Below, piece after piece: positions 25,197 to 38,040 of a stretch of DNA of 64,000 bases. Each line of letters begins with the position of its first letter. The first letter of the stretch is position 1. The stretch spans positions 1,322,350 through 1,386,349 of the forward strand of contig RDEW01000013.1 in assembly GCA_011109175.1 (NCBI GenBank). Direction: 5' to 3'. The notes beneath the pieces were generated by a model, which did not search any database, had not been told where the DNA came from, and saw only the letters and a list, made by a program, of their open reading frames with translations. The translations under genes were made by a program, and so were the position numbers. The stretch is from Dicyema japonicum (lineage: Eukaryota > Animalia > Dicyemida).

Positions 25197-25299
25197 GTCT
25201 AAGGCGGCAGCTTTAAGTGCTTTCATCTTCGGATGTGTGGTTTCGAATTCCACTGTTGCTATTTAATATTTAACAAATTATTTTATATTTTTATTTCAT

Positions 25300-25900
25300 T
25301 TTTAATTGTTTCCCTTCTGGAACAGGACTAGCTACGAAATTAAATAGCCATTCGTCTCTGGATTGACCTTTGAGTGCTTCATTCGTGCCAATGAATCTAT
25401 TGTGGACTGCAAAGGACTTCAACCGTCTCATGTAGTGGCTTGTTCTCGAGGAATTTTGTTGTCAAGCGTTCTTTTGAAGTTTCTAAATTTCCGTCACTCT
25501 GGAACCCGTAGTCCTGCATCGTGGACATGGGAAGCACTCGTACAAAGGTAACATTCACACCCTTCTCTCGGGAAAATAATTTATTTGGGATCTGGCCTGT
25601 ACTGAAACCTTTCCCAGTCGAAACTTCATGATTCTGTTTTGAAAGTTAGGGAGGCTGCTTGAACTTTCGATAATTTCAAAATAAGAAAATACGATAAACC
25701 TCATTGTGTAGCAAAAACAGATGTTTTGACAAGAATGTAATGTTTAAGGAGATAACGACATATTCTCCCGAAATTATTTACCACAATAGTGACACGGAAT
25801 TATTTGTTAAATTAAATTTTTTATTCCAAGAAACAAAATAAGTGATTCCGACAAGCTACATAATCCATCATTGATCTTGCACCACCTCATTGGGAATTGG
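25300..25900 (-). mobile_element. Possible LINE ORF1 zinc-knuckle remnant
   Basis: A CYLC....H-like fragment only. Confidence 0.3.
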
Positions 25901-26137
25901 TTGTTTCATGATCATTTGGATATGTCTCCTCGGTTATTCATTCAGATTAGTATCAAGAAGGGTTCAGAATCATGTTCTATTTGTCTGAGATTACTTTTCT
26001 CTAACTCCAAAAACTTTTTTTAGAGTAGCCGCACTTTTCTGATCATTAAATTAACAAGTTTATTAAATTTAAATTAATTTAAATTTTTATTTGAATATAA
26101 TAAAATTTAATTCACAATTAGAACAATTGCTGTGAGA

Positions 26138-26941
26138 ATGATCCATTTACTAGGTTTGCGAAATAAATTAACAATAGGAATATATGCGTGCTTAGTAAGC
26201 AGTAGATATGTGATGTTTAACATTGAAACTTTTAAAACGTCGCATAATAATACAACAATGTGGGGTGTGAAGAAAAAAAACCAAGTTGTAACGTTATTCA
26301 GTGGAATAATTGAATTTTCATATAAAATTAATAATACTGTAATCACATTATATTTAATAAAGACGAAATATGAAAATTTTAATAATGCGATTTTCAAATT
26401 CCGAGCAATAGGACGTTTTGATTATATCCTCACATGGGAGAAAAATGATATATCTTTTTTAATATTCGTTAATTTCATATCACCTAATGTATGTGACGTT
26501 TCTTGGGGATTAATATGGGTTTCCACTGATATAAATCATTTTGTTCATTATAGAAACATTTCAAATAGCGGTTATCATAACTGCAGTGAAAAAACTATAA
26601 TTTTGCCTAAAAATAGAATTATAAAAATAAAAGATTTGAAATTCCAAATAGCAAAAACAGATAATAACAATATATTTACTGGAAATGGTAGTCTATGATA
26701 ACCGACATTTAGACCTCGGGTGTGATTTTGAACGAAATTTAGGATCGATGTCAACACCACATTTGAATAAAAAAGTAAAGACAACAACTCAAGATCATAT
26801 AAAAAGTACTATGAAATAAAATGTAATTTTTTAGAATTTAAAGAACAAAAATTAAAAGATTATGGAGTCTTCATTAATTAGTAATTGGTTATTTTGGGTT
26901 TAATTATAATAATGGGTTCATTCACTATTATCTCATATTAG
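26138..26941 (+). CDS. LAMP-like membrane protein paralogue A (introns 26154-26177, 26688-26712, 26806-26834); two in-frame stops just before the TM segment
   Basis: Homologous to paralogues B and C, with the same three intron positions. Has LAMP-domain-like motifs LFSGIIEFSY, LTW, GYHNCS, LKFQ and GCD. Confidence 0.6.
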
Positions 26942-27179
26942 GTGGACTAATTAAGTAATTTTATTTTATTAGCGACAAAACAGTTGACAACCTTTTTGGC
27001 TGACGTGAAGTCACTCAACTGCACGAATGTATACAACAAAGCGTGGAAAAATCACGAAATGTAATGTACTAAGAAATTAAAATTTTTACTCAAATCTAGC
27101 CTTGGTGATGGGTCATAAACGTCCTTCTCTTCATTTTCCTCGCAGGCTTTGTAACGCAAAAGTTGAACACGTCGTAGGA

Positions 27180-27870
27180 ATGAAACTGAAATTGTTGGGT
27201 TGGCTCAGAGCGCGCTCGCATATTTAAGATGCACATTCACTCTTCAAAGTGACTCATTATTACCAATTCTCTGTTATTTATCTGTAAGTGCTCTTCGTGA
27301 TCTGAGAGCTAAATTATATCTTACTTCAATCTAGGAATTAATATATGCGGATGACCTAGATTTAGTTTTGAGAACATCTATATCAAAATTTCTTTCAATC
27401 ATTCTCCTTTAGTGTTTGGAGAGTTGTTCCTGAAAATAAAGAACAAAAACCGAGCTTTTAAAATCAAATGGAAGCAAACCTACCGATGAGAGTTGGAGAG
27501 CAAAAAAATCGGGTCTTTGCTTGGAGACGGGGAAGATCTTCAACGAAAAAAGATTTTGTCAACAATAGCACTGAATAGACTACAATAAGATAAGTTCATG
27601 TTTTAGACCAGTGAAGTACGACTATATAATGTTTCGTTCAACCCTTATTGCTCTACAACTCGAAAAAGTGGGGACTAACTGGAATGTGTTTATAACTTGA
27701 ATGCTTATCACAGAAAGCACATATTCCGGGTGAGTAATACCTTTCAAGTTTAAGATAATATGGAATCAAACTTCCTCTGCTCAGGGACTTTCAGAAGGAA
27801 GTCACTAACCACTTTGCAATCAATAATGAACGTCGATCTAAAATAAGTTAAAATGGCATTAAAAGATAAC
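27180..27870 (+). mobile_element. Decayed RTE-type RT fragment
   Basis: ELIYADDLDLV and DESWRAKK..GSLLGDGEDLQRKKIL match the RTE at 42084-43271. Confidence 0.7.
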
Positions 27871-28559
27871 TTCAAAAGGTTTTGTAAACATTCAATAATC
27901 AACTTATGCAAAACAAAAGTTTAAGTAACCTAATGATTTTTTAAAAAATTGATTTGAAAGTCACAAGTCTTTTAAAAAAGTTGAGAATTTTATCTTTTTG
28001 AGATATTTTCTAACAACAAACTAAACTTGTTCAATTGAACGCGACATCAAATTAGTTAATCTTGATGACACTCAAATATTTTATTATTATTCCCCAGCAA
28101 CATTACGGTAAATGAGAATGAGTATCCAATCTAACTAAAAGATCACAGACTGACATGAGAACTCGAAATTGGTGGGACAAGATTCTCGAACCGCTCTCTA
28201 TAACAGGAGAGAAGTCTTTTTATATCTCAAATTGTTTTTGATGCATTTGATAATGGTCTCGTTAACTTGCTGTTTGGTAGGTTTTTAGTCTTCTAGCATC
28301 TCGGCTAGTTTTGAGGTACGATATTATTTTATTGGAAAAATCTAAGAATTAAAAATTCAAATAACTTTTAATTATAGAAATTAAAACAGTTGATATTTTA
28401 CAGCAACACATAGCTCGCAAGTAACTCCTACACCTATTTAAATTGGGATTTCTGATTAGTACGGTTATCCGGTTCATTATTGAAAAGTACTTTCATATGT
28501 TCATAGCTACTGATGATGACATAGATAATAAAGGGAAATAAATATTTACTCAATACTGT

Positions 28560-29250
28560 GTGATGTTACAGAATGGCGGATTCCGTCAAAACCAACAAAA
28601 AGAGTTCCAAGAGGCTATTTATAAAAACATGAATGTAGTTATATCACTTCGACGGATGATCTAATTTCACTATACAGAATAGATACAAGATCATCCTTAT
28701 TATTACATGATGAACTTGGAAATTGAAAAAGATTTTGGAAGTAGGGTACAGTTTTGAGCACAAAAACCAGGCATAACATTTTAAAAGGTAATTTGTTGAA
28801 ACTTCCCAGAAGCGTCATCCTACGATTTACTTATTTGATCTTTACATTCCACGTCGAAGAAATTGTAGAGTTGATGTCTGTGATACGAATACCTGGTACA
28901 AAATATTCTATTTGATTTCAGGAGATAATAAATATTCACACATGATTAGGTTATCAGCTTCAACTTTTAGCGTTAGCATCAAGTACAAGCGAATCGCTTT
29001 GAAAGCAAATCACAGGGGCTCCTACATGGGGCAATGTTCATGTACCATAAATTGAGAAGAAAAAAATATGTTGCACATTCTGATTGATCACCAAAATAGA
29101 CCGTGAGCAAGAGGGTCGCCCTTTTACTTATTTTTGGAAAGAATGATTTCAATTCTTAGACGAGAAGGAAATGAGTCGAATATGATAGGCGGAAGGATAA
29201 ATTTTCGTCGTTCTATTCAAGCAAAAGCCAAGTAGGATATCTCTTCCTAC
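28560..29250 (+). mobile_element. Highly decayed Helitron Rep-domain remnant
   Basis: Broken matches to the Helitron Rep motifs LP...GSPR, PDLFITFT, EFQKRGLPH and HILI. Confidence 0.45.
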
Positions 29251-29959
29251 AAAGTAAAAATGTTTTAAAATTCAATTTATTTTGGACGTTCTCTTCAGCC
29301 TCAAATAATGGAAACTTTTTTATCACATGAAGATCCACACACCGCTGAAAGAACGCAAGTCAACCGAAATATACTCGATTAATGATTACAAGAAATCTGT
29401 TGGAAAGTCGGAACAAATTCCATTATCTTTCTTTTTAACGCATTTAAGTTTGCCGAATAAAGTTTATGAAAAAATAAGAAATATTAAATAATTTTACCTT
29501 TCTTAAAAAAGTAGTTAACTGTATTATTTCAAAACCACTATTTGTTTTTCGAAAAGATGATCAAAATGTTAAATCTACCTATTATACTAAAACAATGTTA
29601 AAAGTGCTTAGTAAAATAAGAATAATTTAAAGATAATGATATGGCATTTGCTGAGGTCTTAAGGAGAATCTCACCTTCGATATTGCATGTGATTTTTGCG
29701 ACGTGTAAAAATATCGTAAAAATGTTAAAGAAAGGATCTGTTTAACCCTATGGACTTTAAAAATCGAAAACTATTTTTATTCCATAAGAACTACACAAAC
29801 AGACTTCTGGTCATGCATTTCAATGTATCAACAGTAAGACCCATAAATCTAAATAAATAATCTAAAAAATTCTAATCCTAAAAAAGCATAGCGAGTGATA
29901 AGTTATAAACTTTTATTTAATAAAAATTATAAATAATTTAGATTCCATGGTAATACAAT

Positions 29960-30480
29960 TAAAACTCCTCTACAGGCATCGATACGCCATGCCTCTCCTC
30001 AGCTAGCATACTCTCCAAAGTCTTCCTTAACACTAGAGTTTGTATAGACCAACACTAGACCATATCCTCCCTTGAGTGCATCCAGGAGACCCTTGAAGAA
30101 TCTGGAGACAATTCCATCCCAGGTGATGACCACAGAGATTATTTTTACTTTACGCGATGGATAATCACAAGTTCGTTCTTGTGAAACAAGTTGCAAAGTG
30201 ATCGACGGTCTTCTTTGCAGAGTTACAATGTCCGCATAGTTTCCCGTTATCTAAAAACATGTATCGATCCTGAAGTAGACACAGCGTTCCCTCGGTTATA
30301 AGGGAGAGATTTCCGTACATTAGCATCCAGAGGATTCAGCAATATTCACTTCAGTGTCTTTCAAACATGCATAGATATCTTCCTAATTTTTCCCAGTAGA
30401 TATTCATGTTGTATTTACATCAAATTCAACATTGACAAGTCTTCACATATTCAACCATTTCTTTCTCTAACAGTATTGCT
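29960..30480 (-). mobile_element. R4/Dong-like RLE non-LTR 3' fragment
   Basis: LCGHCNSAKKTVDHFATC is a CCHC finger; VKIISVVITWDGIVSRFFK is the RLE end. Confidence 0.55.
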
Positions 30481-31108
30481 TTAGAAGTACCAGACTAATG
30501 TTTATAATTTCAATATGTTTACAAAGAAACATTAAGTGCAACATCGTTAAGGTTTGGGAAATTTCGGGAACCGCGTGGGTTTTGTGATCCACTCGGATTT
30601 GCCGAGTCAATGTTTACTGTCTCTTGGAAGCTGGGTCTGTTCATTTTATATTTAATAATAAATATGAATTCAAATATTATGAATTGATGTCCATAGAATC
30701 TATGGTCTATGGCATACATCACAATAGTACATGATTGGATCTAATAATACAACCAAAGAACCTTCCATGTCTCGGATTAATTACCAAACTTTCTTTAAAG
30801 AGGGAGTTCTGCCTAAGCGGTGATTAGTAATGAAAACATTACCCATTCATAGCAGAATTACGAAATAATTATAATAAATTCTCAACATTAAACTCTTACC
30901 GAAAAACTGGAAGGTAAGCCTCTATTAAAGCAATTGGGGTTATTAAAGCATCCAAGATTAATATTTGAGGGGATATTCAATGGGCTTGGAAGTGACACAA
31001 GAATAGTATTCAACTATTAAGCTTGACAATCCACAACACAGGAAAATAGCAATAAATTTATAAATCATATATTTATAAATGAAGCACACACATGAAGTGC
31101 CATAAACA

Positions 31109-31912
31109 TCACAGCAAACACAATCCTCCCAGTATCAGAGTCATCACCTCATATATTCAATACTTCCCCAATTCCTCATCCATTGCATTACTTCCGTCAG
31201 TAACAACTTCTCCTTTCTCAATAAATTGTCTTATAGCAGCATTTTCATTCAAAATCAAGGAATTTTGTAATTCAATGGAGTTGAGTTTCTTCACCATTTC
31301 TCATTGAGAGTCAACTGACGGCAAAGAATTAAGGATTCTGGTGGTTCGGTAATGATTGTTTACGGAGGAAGCCAACAGTCCAATCAAAGCACCGAAAACA
31401 GACAAAATCAAAGACAAATATTTCGCACTTTCAGCACGGAGACGTTCCTTCTCGTGACTGTCCCTCAAAGCAGTAGAAAAAGGTCGAAGTGATCTCTTTC
31501 ACTTTTCGATGTCCTCTCCATCTCATCCTTTATTTCTCGTTCCCTGAGTAACATTTCATGCTCCTGGAGTTATTTTATGATCAACCCTTGTAATCAAATT
31601 TACATATTCCGGGTTCGACCGATCCAGTTTATCTAGTTTGTAGCGAATCGTTGATATCGACTCGTGTTGCTGTTTTAGTTGGTTTTGTAGATCGTAGCGG
31701 ACTTTCTGGGCAGCCAGTAGGTTCCGTTCAGCCTGGATTTTATGTAGGACATTACCTGGATGATGTAGTCGTGGGATTTTCGTAGTTCTGATATTCCGAA
31801 CTGATTTTCGTATTTTTCATACAACTTTGATGGAATCAGTTTAATAATTTTGGTAAAATTTAAAAATATCTTTGATCTATTAATTTCACACAGAACCCAA
31901 CAAATTAAGCAT
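31109..31912 (-). CDS. CCDC51: CCDC51 (MITOK)-like coiled-coil/TM mitochondrial protein; introns 31901-31877, 31755-31733, 31585-31564; one T-run frameshift near 31480 and in-frame TGAs near the 3' end
   Basis: Spliced translation ...[11 protein letters not shown]...[23 protein letters not shown]...[39 protein letters not shown] matches the CCDC51 signature SHEKER..AE..K..S.I.S..GALIG. Confidence 0.85.
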
Positions 31913-33177
31913 GGCTTTTTAAAATAATATTAATTTTAAATATTTAAATAAATCAAAATTCCCTCCCATTCTTTAAATAGTATAAATCGTTGTGAACAAT
32001 GAATCTAAGAAGAATGTGACTTCCATTATAATCGTCACATTCAATTTGTCGTATCGAAGAAGACATGTGAACCTATGGCTAGTGACTTCGAATTGAAACT
32101 GATGAATCACACAGAAATAATAGTTTTGTTCTACTCAGATTTGAATGGTAATCTTATTTTTTCATTTTTATCGTGTGCTTATCTAAAGACCCACCACTTA
32201 TCGAGAGACCACACTGAGAGTGCATAATTCCATGCACACATGCATATTCTGTCCGAGAATTATGCTTTGATTGCATGCCGTTGTTGGTTTCTGGGATCTC
32301 ATAGACCAACTTAATTTTTATTAAAAAGCCACAAGATAACCAGAAAGAAGGTTTTATGTTAACGAATTAAGATTTCCTAGTTTTTAGTAACTTCTTGACT
32401 CTCCTCAGGTTGTCCGACAAAGATCCCATTGTTTTCCGTAAGTGTATTCTAGATTTTCTGAAAAAAAAACACATTCAAAGTATCTTTCTTCGAGACATCT
32501 GGATTTTTTAGCTTTGGTAACCCTTACCTCAAATAAGTTTTCTGGTTTTTAAATAAATTTGGATAGACCAGTTTTGGTGCTAATGTATTAGCAATAATGA
32601 CCAAAATTAAAATAATTTATCAAAAATTAAATTAACTATGCTTTTCACGTGGCCATCAAGAACGCACAGTTTTTTTGGTAACTCGGGAGAAAAGAGAGCT
32701 CAAATCTCTTATTTAAATATAGAGTGCACCTATAGAGCAGGAGTGCGAGTCGTAGTCTACTCTGAAGGATTTTGAAGTTCTTATCTCAGGACCAAGAATT
32801 CCGTATAAAAAAGAATAATTGAAGAACAACCACATAAGAAATGCGGTCGACATTTTTAGTTATATCAATAGACAAAAAGACGGTTGTTTCAGGTGGGAGA
32901 TTTGTTGAATACAAAGTGACGACAGGTTGTTGGGAGTGTAATCACGGAGTAATTTACAATGCTCAGTTGTCTGCTATTATCATCTAATGTCATTAACATA
33001 TGAATAGGTTGTATAGTTCCAGGTCTCGCACGAGCTGGAGTTTTATATACATAGGATTGATTCCTCTGGCATTTAGGGTGCCAAAAAAGAACGGATTGGT
33101 GGATATCAATCGTGAAATAGATATTTGTGTGAGATATTCACGTCACCACGTCAGACAAATAATGAATTATTACTACA

Positions 33178-33790
33178 ATTAATTTATTTATTTATTTAAT
33201 AACCCCGAAAAGGGAACACCAAGAAAGAAGGAGTAATCCAACTAATTAAGTGATCCCGGTACGCCTCAACAGGATCGAGAGGTTTTTCTTGTGTTCCTCC
33301 AGAGTATCCACGGCTTTCCTGAATAGACGACGATCATCTTTCATTAGGGTTTGAAGAGGAGTGGGGTTTTTCTCCAAATTTCGTGTATTTGAAGCCTTTA
33401 GCCTTGAATGGAAGAAACGACTTGTTTCTTGGCCACACAGACAGATGAAGCCGGAGCCATTATTTTTGATTGCGGCGTGGTCAAGCATTGGAGGGAAAAG
33501 ATCGGGGGTAGATTCGTTTGACGTGCTAGTTTTCCAATTAGGGTATTGATCTTGAGTGAATTTGATATCGAAGCTCCATAGGCCCATGAGGCACAAGCGT
33601 ACTCAATCGTCGGTTTTAGGAGTTGATTGAACACGACAAGGGCGCATTCCTGTGAAGGTTTGGACTTCAAGAGCGGTTTGATTATATTAAGTTTCCTGAG
33701 ACCCTTTGTCATGACGTTCTTCACATGTTGAGAAAATGTCATCAAAGGGTCAAATGTCACTCCCAGGATAGTTGGACGAATCTGTAGTGG
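33178..33790 (-). mobile_element. 5'-truncated LINE (Jockey/I group) 3' end; candidate partner of SINE A
   Basis: ILGVTFDPLMTFSQHV...PTIEYACASW; the ORF ends RRTGIT*. Has a (TAAA)n tail and a 3' UTR similar to the SINE A tail. Confidence 0.8.
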
Positions 33791-33922
33791 ATATCCGAAG
33801 CAAAAAAAAACTAACAATTTTGATAGTTAATAATTAAATAATAAATTTTTAAAAAATATTTAAATATATCACGTTTTGTACATATTCATGTTGTCTTGTA
33901 TTATGATAAAATTATAGATTTG

Positions 33923-34174
33923 ATGCCTTCTGATTTGCTGTACCCATTACCTCAGACTGAGAAAAGAAAGAACAAACTGAAACGTTTGGTACCATCCCCC
34001 AACTCATATTTCATGGATGTTCGTTGTAGTGGATGTAACACAATAACCACAATATTCAGCCACTCTCAGACCGTAGTGAATTGTCCAGGATGTAGTTTTC
34101 CATTGTGTTACCCCAAAGGGGGGAAATGCAAACTCAGAGATGGCTGTCAGTTTCGCATTAAAGTGGATCAGTAG
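33923..34174 (+). CDS. RPS27: 40S ribosomal protein S27
   Basis: MPSDLLYP...[39 protein letters not shown] possible 5' extension via a 20-nt GT-AG intron (33898-33917) from ATG 33888. Confidence 0.95.
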   Translation: MPSDLLYPLPQTEKRKNKLKRLVPSPNSYFMDVRCSGCNTITTIFSHSQTVVNCPGCSFPLCYPKGGKCKLRDGCQFRIKVDQ

Positions 34175-36004
34175 TTCGCATATTTGTTGATTCACTTTTC
34201 GTTCTTTTAATCTGTATTTTGAACTTATTCTTTTTTGATGAGTGCAAATTTGCTTTCTGATCGGTTTGACTTATTATTTGATGATGCTTTTAGTTTTACT
34301 TAAGAACATTGTAGATAATTGTGTTATGTGTTTAGCATATAATGTAGAGGGTTTATTGCCATTTGATAGTTGGTTATATTTGTATTCTCCCATTCGTACT
34401 GTGCGTGTATTTGTTTAATGTTTATTTTGGCTAACTTTAAGGGTTAATGTATTTATTTTGGTTATTTTGTGCAGTTTTGGTTTTTAGTATTTATTAGTTA
34501 GTAAACTGTCTTTATGGGTTGTTTGCTTTAGTAAACGTTAATCTAAGTTGGCTTTGTAGCATATTTGTCTCGATTTCTGTGTCTTTTATACTTGATTGGT
34601 TAGCTTGATATGTAAGATCTGAGTGGATCTGCTTTCTTTACTAGTATTTTATTAAGTACTGATACGCCGAGAGAGGCAACAACTTATTAAGCGTTTCGGG
34701 TTCACAGAGACGCAGAGAAAAGCGTTCTTTTATGCACGCAAATCCATTCAGAACCAGAGGAAAGAGAAAACCAGTCAAGTGTTTACAATTGTGTGAACTT
34801 CTCTAAAGATAATCTGAGGTAGAGCGAATAATCTTTTTTGATGGCGTCCTAGCACTAGACGAGTGGATTACACGTCACTAATAGACGTATGAAGAGTGGA
34901 AACAAACAATGAAAGAGAAATCTTTGACCAAGGATGTATTTTTTTGATTATTTTGTATGAATTAGTTTTATTATGATTTATTTTAAAAAAATGAATTAAT
35001 AATTCTATTATTACTCTCGCATCAAAACTGACTATTATCCGTATTTACGAGCGGAAATTTGATGCTAACAAAATAGTAAATGCTAATAGTGGACGCTCCT
35101 GCTGATTTGGCTTGTTGATGTCTCTAAGATAGAAAGGGCACAAAGACTAAACTGATCGTTCAATTCTGCTTATATGGGTTGGAAACCTTATTAGAGACTT
35201 CCTAAGTGAACAGAAACTTTTCGTTGAGTTAGGCTTGGGTTCCTTTAATGTTGGTGGGGTGACGTACCAAATATATCCTCATGGTCATCTTTATGACCAA
35301 TAGTAACATATGAAAACTTGAAATTTATTATCGGTAAAAACTATCCAGACTATTTTTCACGTGTCTTCGCTTCCAATTTTATCCAAGATTTTGTCCGACA
35401 TTTCACTATTATCATTTTTCCACAGTAGATTGGTTCCACGGGTGGACTCTTACGATGTAGAGTCAAGAAAAGCAAAGAACGTCATAGATAATCGCGGACG
35501 TCCAATAGATCGTCAGATGTAAATTATGCTATGTACAGTTGCTTGTATATATGCGTGTATGTTTACATCCATCTCCAACTGCAAAAGTATTCTTGTGTTA
35601 TTTAGTCACAGTCCTGTCTCGTGTTATTCCAACCGAGAGTTATACAGTGACAGCTATGACTGCGTGCCTATTTTAAATTTTTTCAAATAGTCAGCAGCGC
35701 TCACGGTGATCTCCTCTTCGTGTAGACATCTGATTCTCTTTACAAGTGGTCCCAACTTTATTTTACTGCGGCAGTAAGTGTTAGACAATCTTATGCCGCA
35801 AAAGGGGTAGATTGGTAATTTTGAAACATATGTTTCGTCGCACCAACAACATAATATTAAAATAAATGCCTCGAAATTATAATAAATGTATCATTAAAAA
35901 GTTTGCATTTAAATTTTACTTCAAATTACGCCAAAAAACGAATACAAAATGAATGGAATAGTTTCATTTTAGTTTTTATTAACATTTTAACTTAGCCTGG
36001 TACA

Positions 36005-37480
36005 AATTGGTAGACGGACCGACACCGATCCGAATATGCACCGACCGAGATCTCTGAGCTATTAACTGAGATATACAACAAAACATTCAAATACAACTCA
36101 TCACTGGATGTGGGTAATGGCACACTATTGCACTACAAAAACCGGGCAAAGCTAAAGGCCCCTTAACGAATTTAAGACCCATCGTACTATTGACGACTCT
36201 ACGCAAGACACTATCACTTATAGTGCTGAACAGGATTGGATCTGACATCGAGAACTTTCTCTCTCACGGTCAAAGCGGATTCAGGTCAGGGAGATCTACA
36301 GCTGATGTGGTCTGGGGACATCGATGGCTTTGTGCAACACATCAAAAGTACAAGGGGGCTATTGGCATTTGGCATGGACATGTCCAAAGCCTTTGACTCT
36401 ATACACAGAGGGAGACTTTTGGATATCTTGGAGAAGTTGGTTGACGAGGACAGTGTCAGAATGATCCGCCTATTACTTGGAACAACGCAGCTAAGTGTAC
36501 GTTTTGGAAATTTGGAGTCTGTCCCATTCGAGACAACGTTCGGGGTACCGCAGGGAGATTCCTTGTCACCGGTACTTTTTGTGACATATCTGGAGGCGGC
36601 ACTCAGAGACTTCAGACTATTAATTGGCGATCTACCTCAAACTGAAGTGATTTATGCAGATGATTTCGACCATATATCCAGCGACGAGAAAACATTAAAC
36701 TATATACGGACAAGGATGCCAGATGTGCTAGAAAAATGGTTCATCAAAATCAATACGGAAAAGACGGAGACAACTACCATACGCTGTGAACTAACCCGAA
36801 CTGATGAAAAATGGAGATACTGTAAAAAATTGGGGTCGTTGCTCGGAGACGCTGAAGATATCGCTAACAGAAAGATGTTGGCCTTCGCGGCCTTCAGAAA
36901 AATGGGAGTAGTCTGGAATAATCGTAGACAAATTAGCACACAATTACGTGTCGTGAAACCGGTCCTAATGTACAACGCTGCAACCTGGGGAGTCTCACAA
37001 GCGGTAATGGACAAACTAGATGCCTTCCATCGCAAACAACTCCGACTGTTGCTTGGCATCAACTGGCCAAAAAAATTACAAACAAGAATCTATACAAAAT
37101 ATGTACTACAAGACCATTGAGTCTGGATATCCTGGAATCAAGATGGCGTCTGTTTGGTCACATCTTCGAATGAGCCAGATGACGCCTGCTAAAATAGCAA
37201 TGGAGAACTATTTCTGACCAGAAGTGAATAACTCGTTCCGTGGAAGACCTCGCATAACTTTGCCAGAGGTTCTACACAAGGACCTGACCAATGTAGGCCG
37301 AAAGCTGAAAACAGGAGATGATCTAGATACGCTCGGAATACCTGTCTGTAACCGCTGAGCATGGAGGAAGTTAGTCAATAGAATTGTGGAAGAAAGAATA
37401 ACCTGAAGAAAAATACGGCACAAGCGGAACCTTAATTAAATAAATTACATTTTTGGTTCTTCGAAAGTGCTATTAATAAT
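36005..37480 (+). mobile_element. 5'-truncated RTE-clade LINE
   Basis: RT motifs GQSGFRSGRSTAD, DMSKAFDS, GVPQGDSLSP and YADD. The 3' end resembles that of the 40.3-kb RTE. Confidence 0.9.
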
Positions 37481-37569
37481 ATAATTATGTGTAAACTAAA
37501 CAGAACATAGTTTATGTTTTAGCATAGTAAAACTCTCAGTTGCCTGTTACATAATTTATTTAAATAAAG

Positions 37570-38040
37570 TCACGCTGTCAGGAAGCAAGCCACGCTACCA
37601 ATGAGACTCGGAGGGCTTGGAATTCGAAACTCTGTAGACCTTTCTCTCCCTGTATATCGATCGTCGCTAATGGCCTCAACACCCTTGTTAAGAAGATTAT
37701 AATCTTCCTCTCTGAATTCTCTATTTACAAGGACCCCGGCCATGCTCGTGAAGTCTGGTGCTGTACTGATCAGCTTGCCTTGCTCTTCTCGTTTTCTCAA
37801 AGGGGCCTGGAGAGTGTTATATGCTGGAATTCTTTCGAAGATTTGCTAGTGTCATCTAGCCAACATCGCCGTGCTTGTTTGTTGTTGTCTTCCGAGAACG
37901 GTGCCTGGCTCAACGCCATTCCCAATGGAGTTTTGGGTACAATTCTGAATGTTTCTGTATTGGGATCACATTACGACTGAGATTAAATGATGTGTTCCAC
38001 ATCCGTGCCGATTCGGAGACCAGATCAACTGTTTTGGCTT
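37570..38040 (+). mobile_element. Internal fragment of the CRE family at 12.2-15.0 kb
   Basis: High DNA similarity to the reverse complement of ~12680-13130 (e.g. AAGCAAGCCACGC.ACCA.TGAGACTCGGAGG.CTTGGAATTCG). Confidence 0.85.

Larger units (their letters stand above)
24279..25261 (+). tRNA. tRNA-Leu(TAA) pseudogene split in the D-arm by an ~0.9-kb insertion (halves 24279-24300 and 25197-25261)
   Basis: Joining at the duplicated GTCTA gives GCCAACA TG GCCG AGCGGTCTA AGGC G GCAGC TTTAAGT GCTTT CATCTTCGGATG T GTGGT TTCGAAT TCCAC TGTTGCT A. This is a cloverleaf with a long variable arm and anticodon TAA, with about one mismatch in each of the acceptor, anticodon and T stems. Confidence 0.8.

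Noticed and set aside
32150-32520. Possible MULE transposase remnant or small gene (TNNG..S.H; one 29-nt GT-AG candidate)
   Set aside because: Too fragmentary to support either call.
34655-34705. Hammerhead ribozyme-like words (CTGATA..GCC/GGC; GAAACGC..GCGTA on the minus strand)
   Set aside because: A complete CUGAUGA + GAAA core with three stems cannot be built on either strand.
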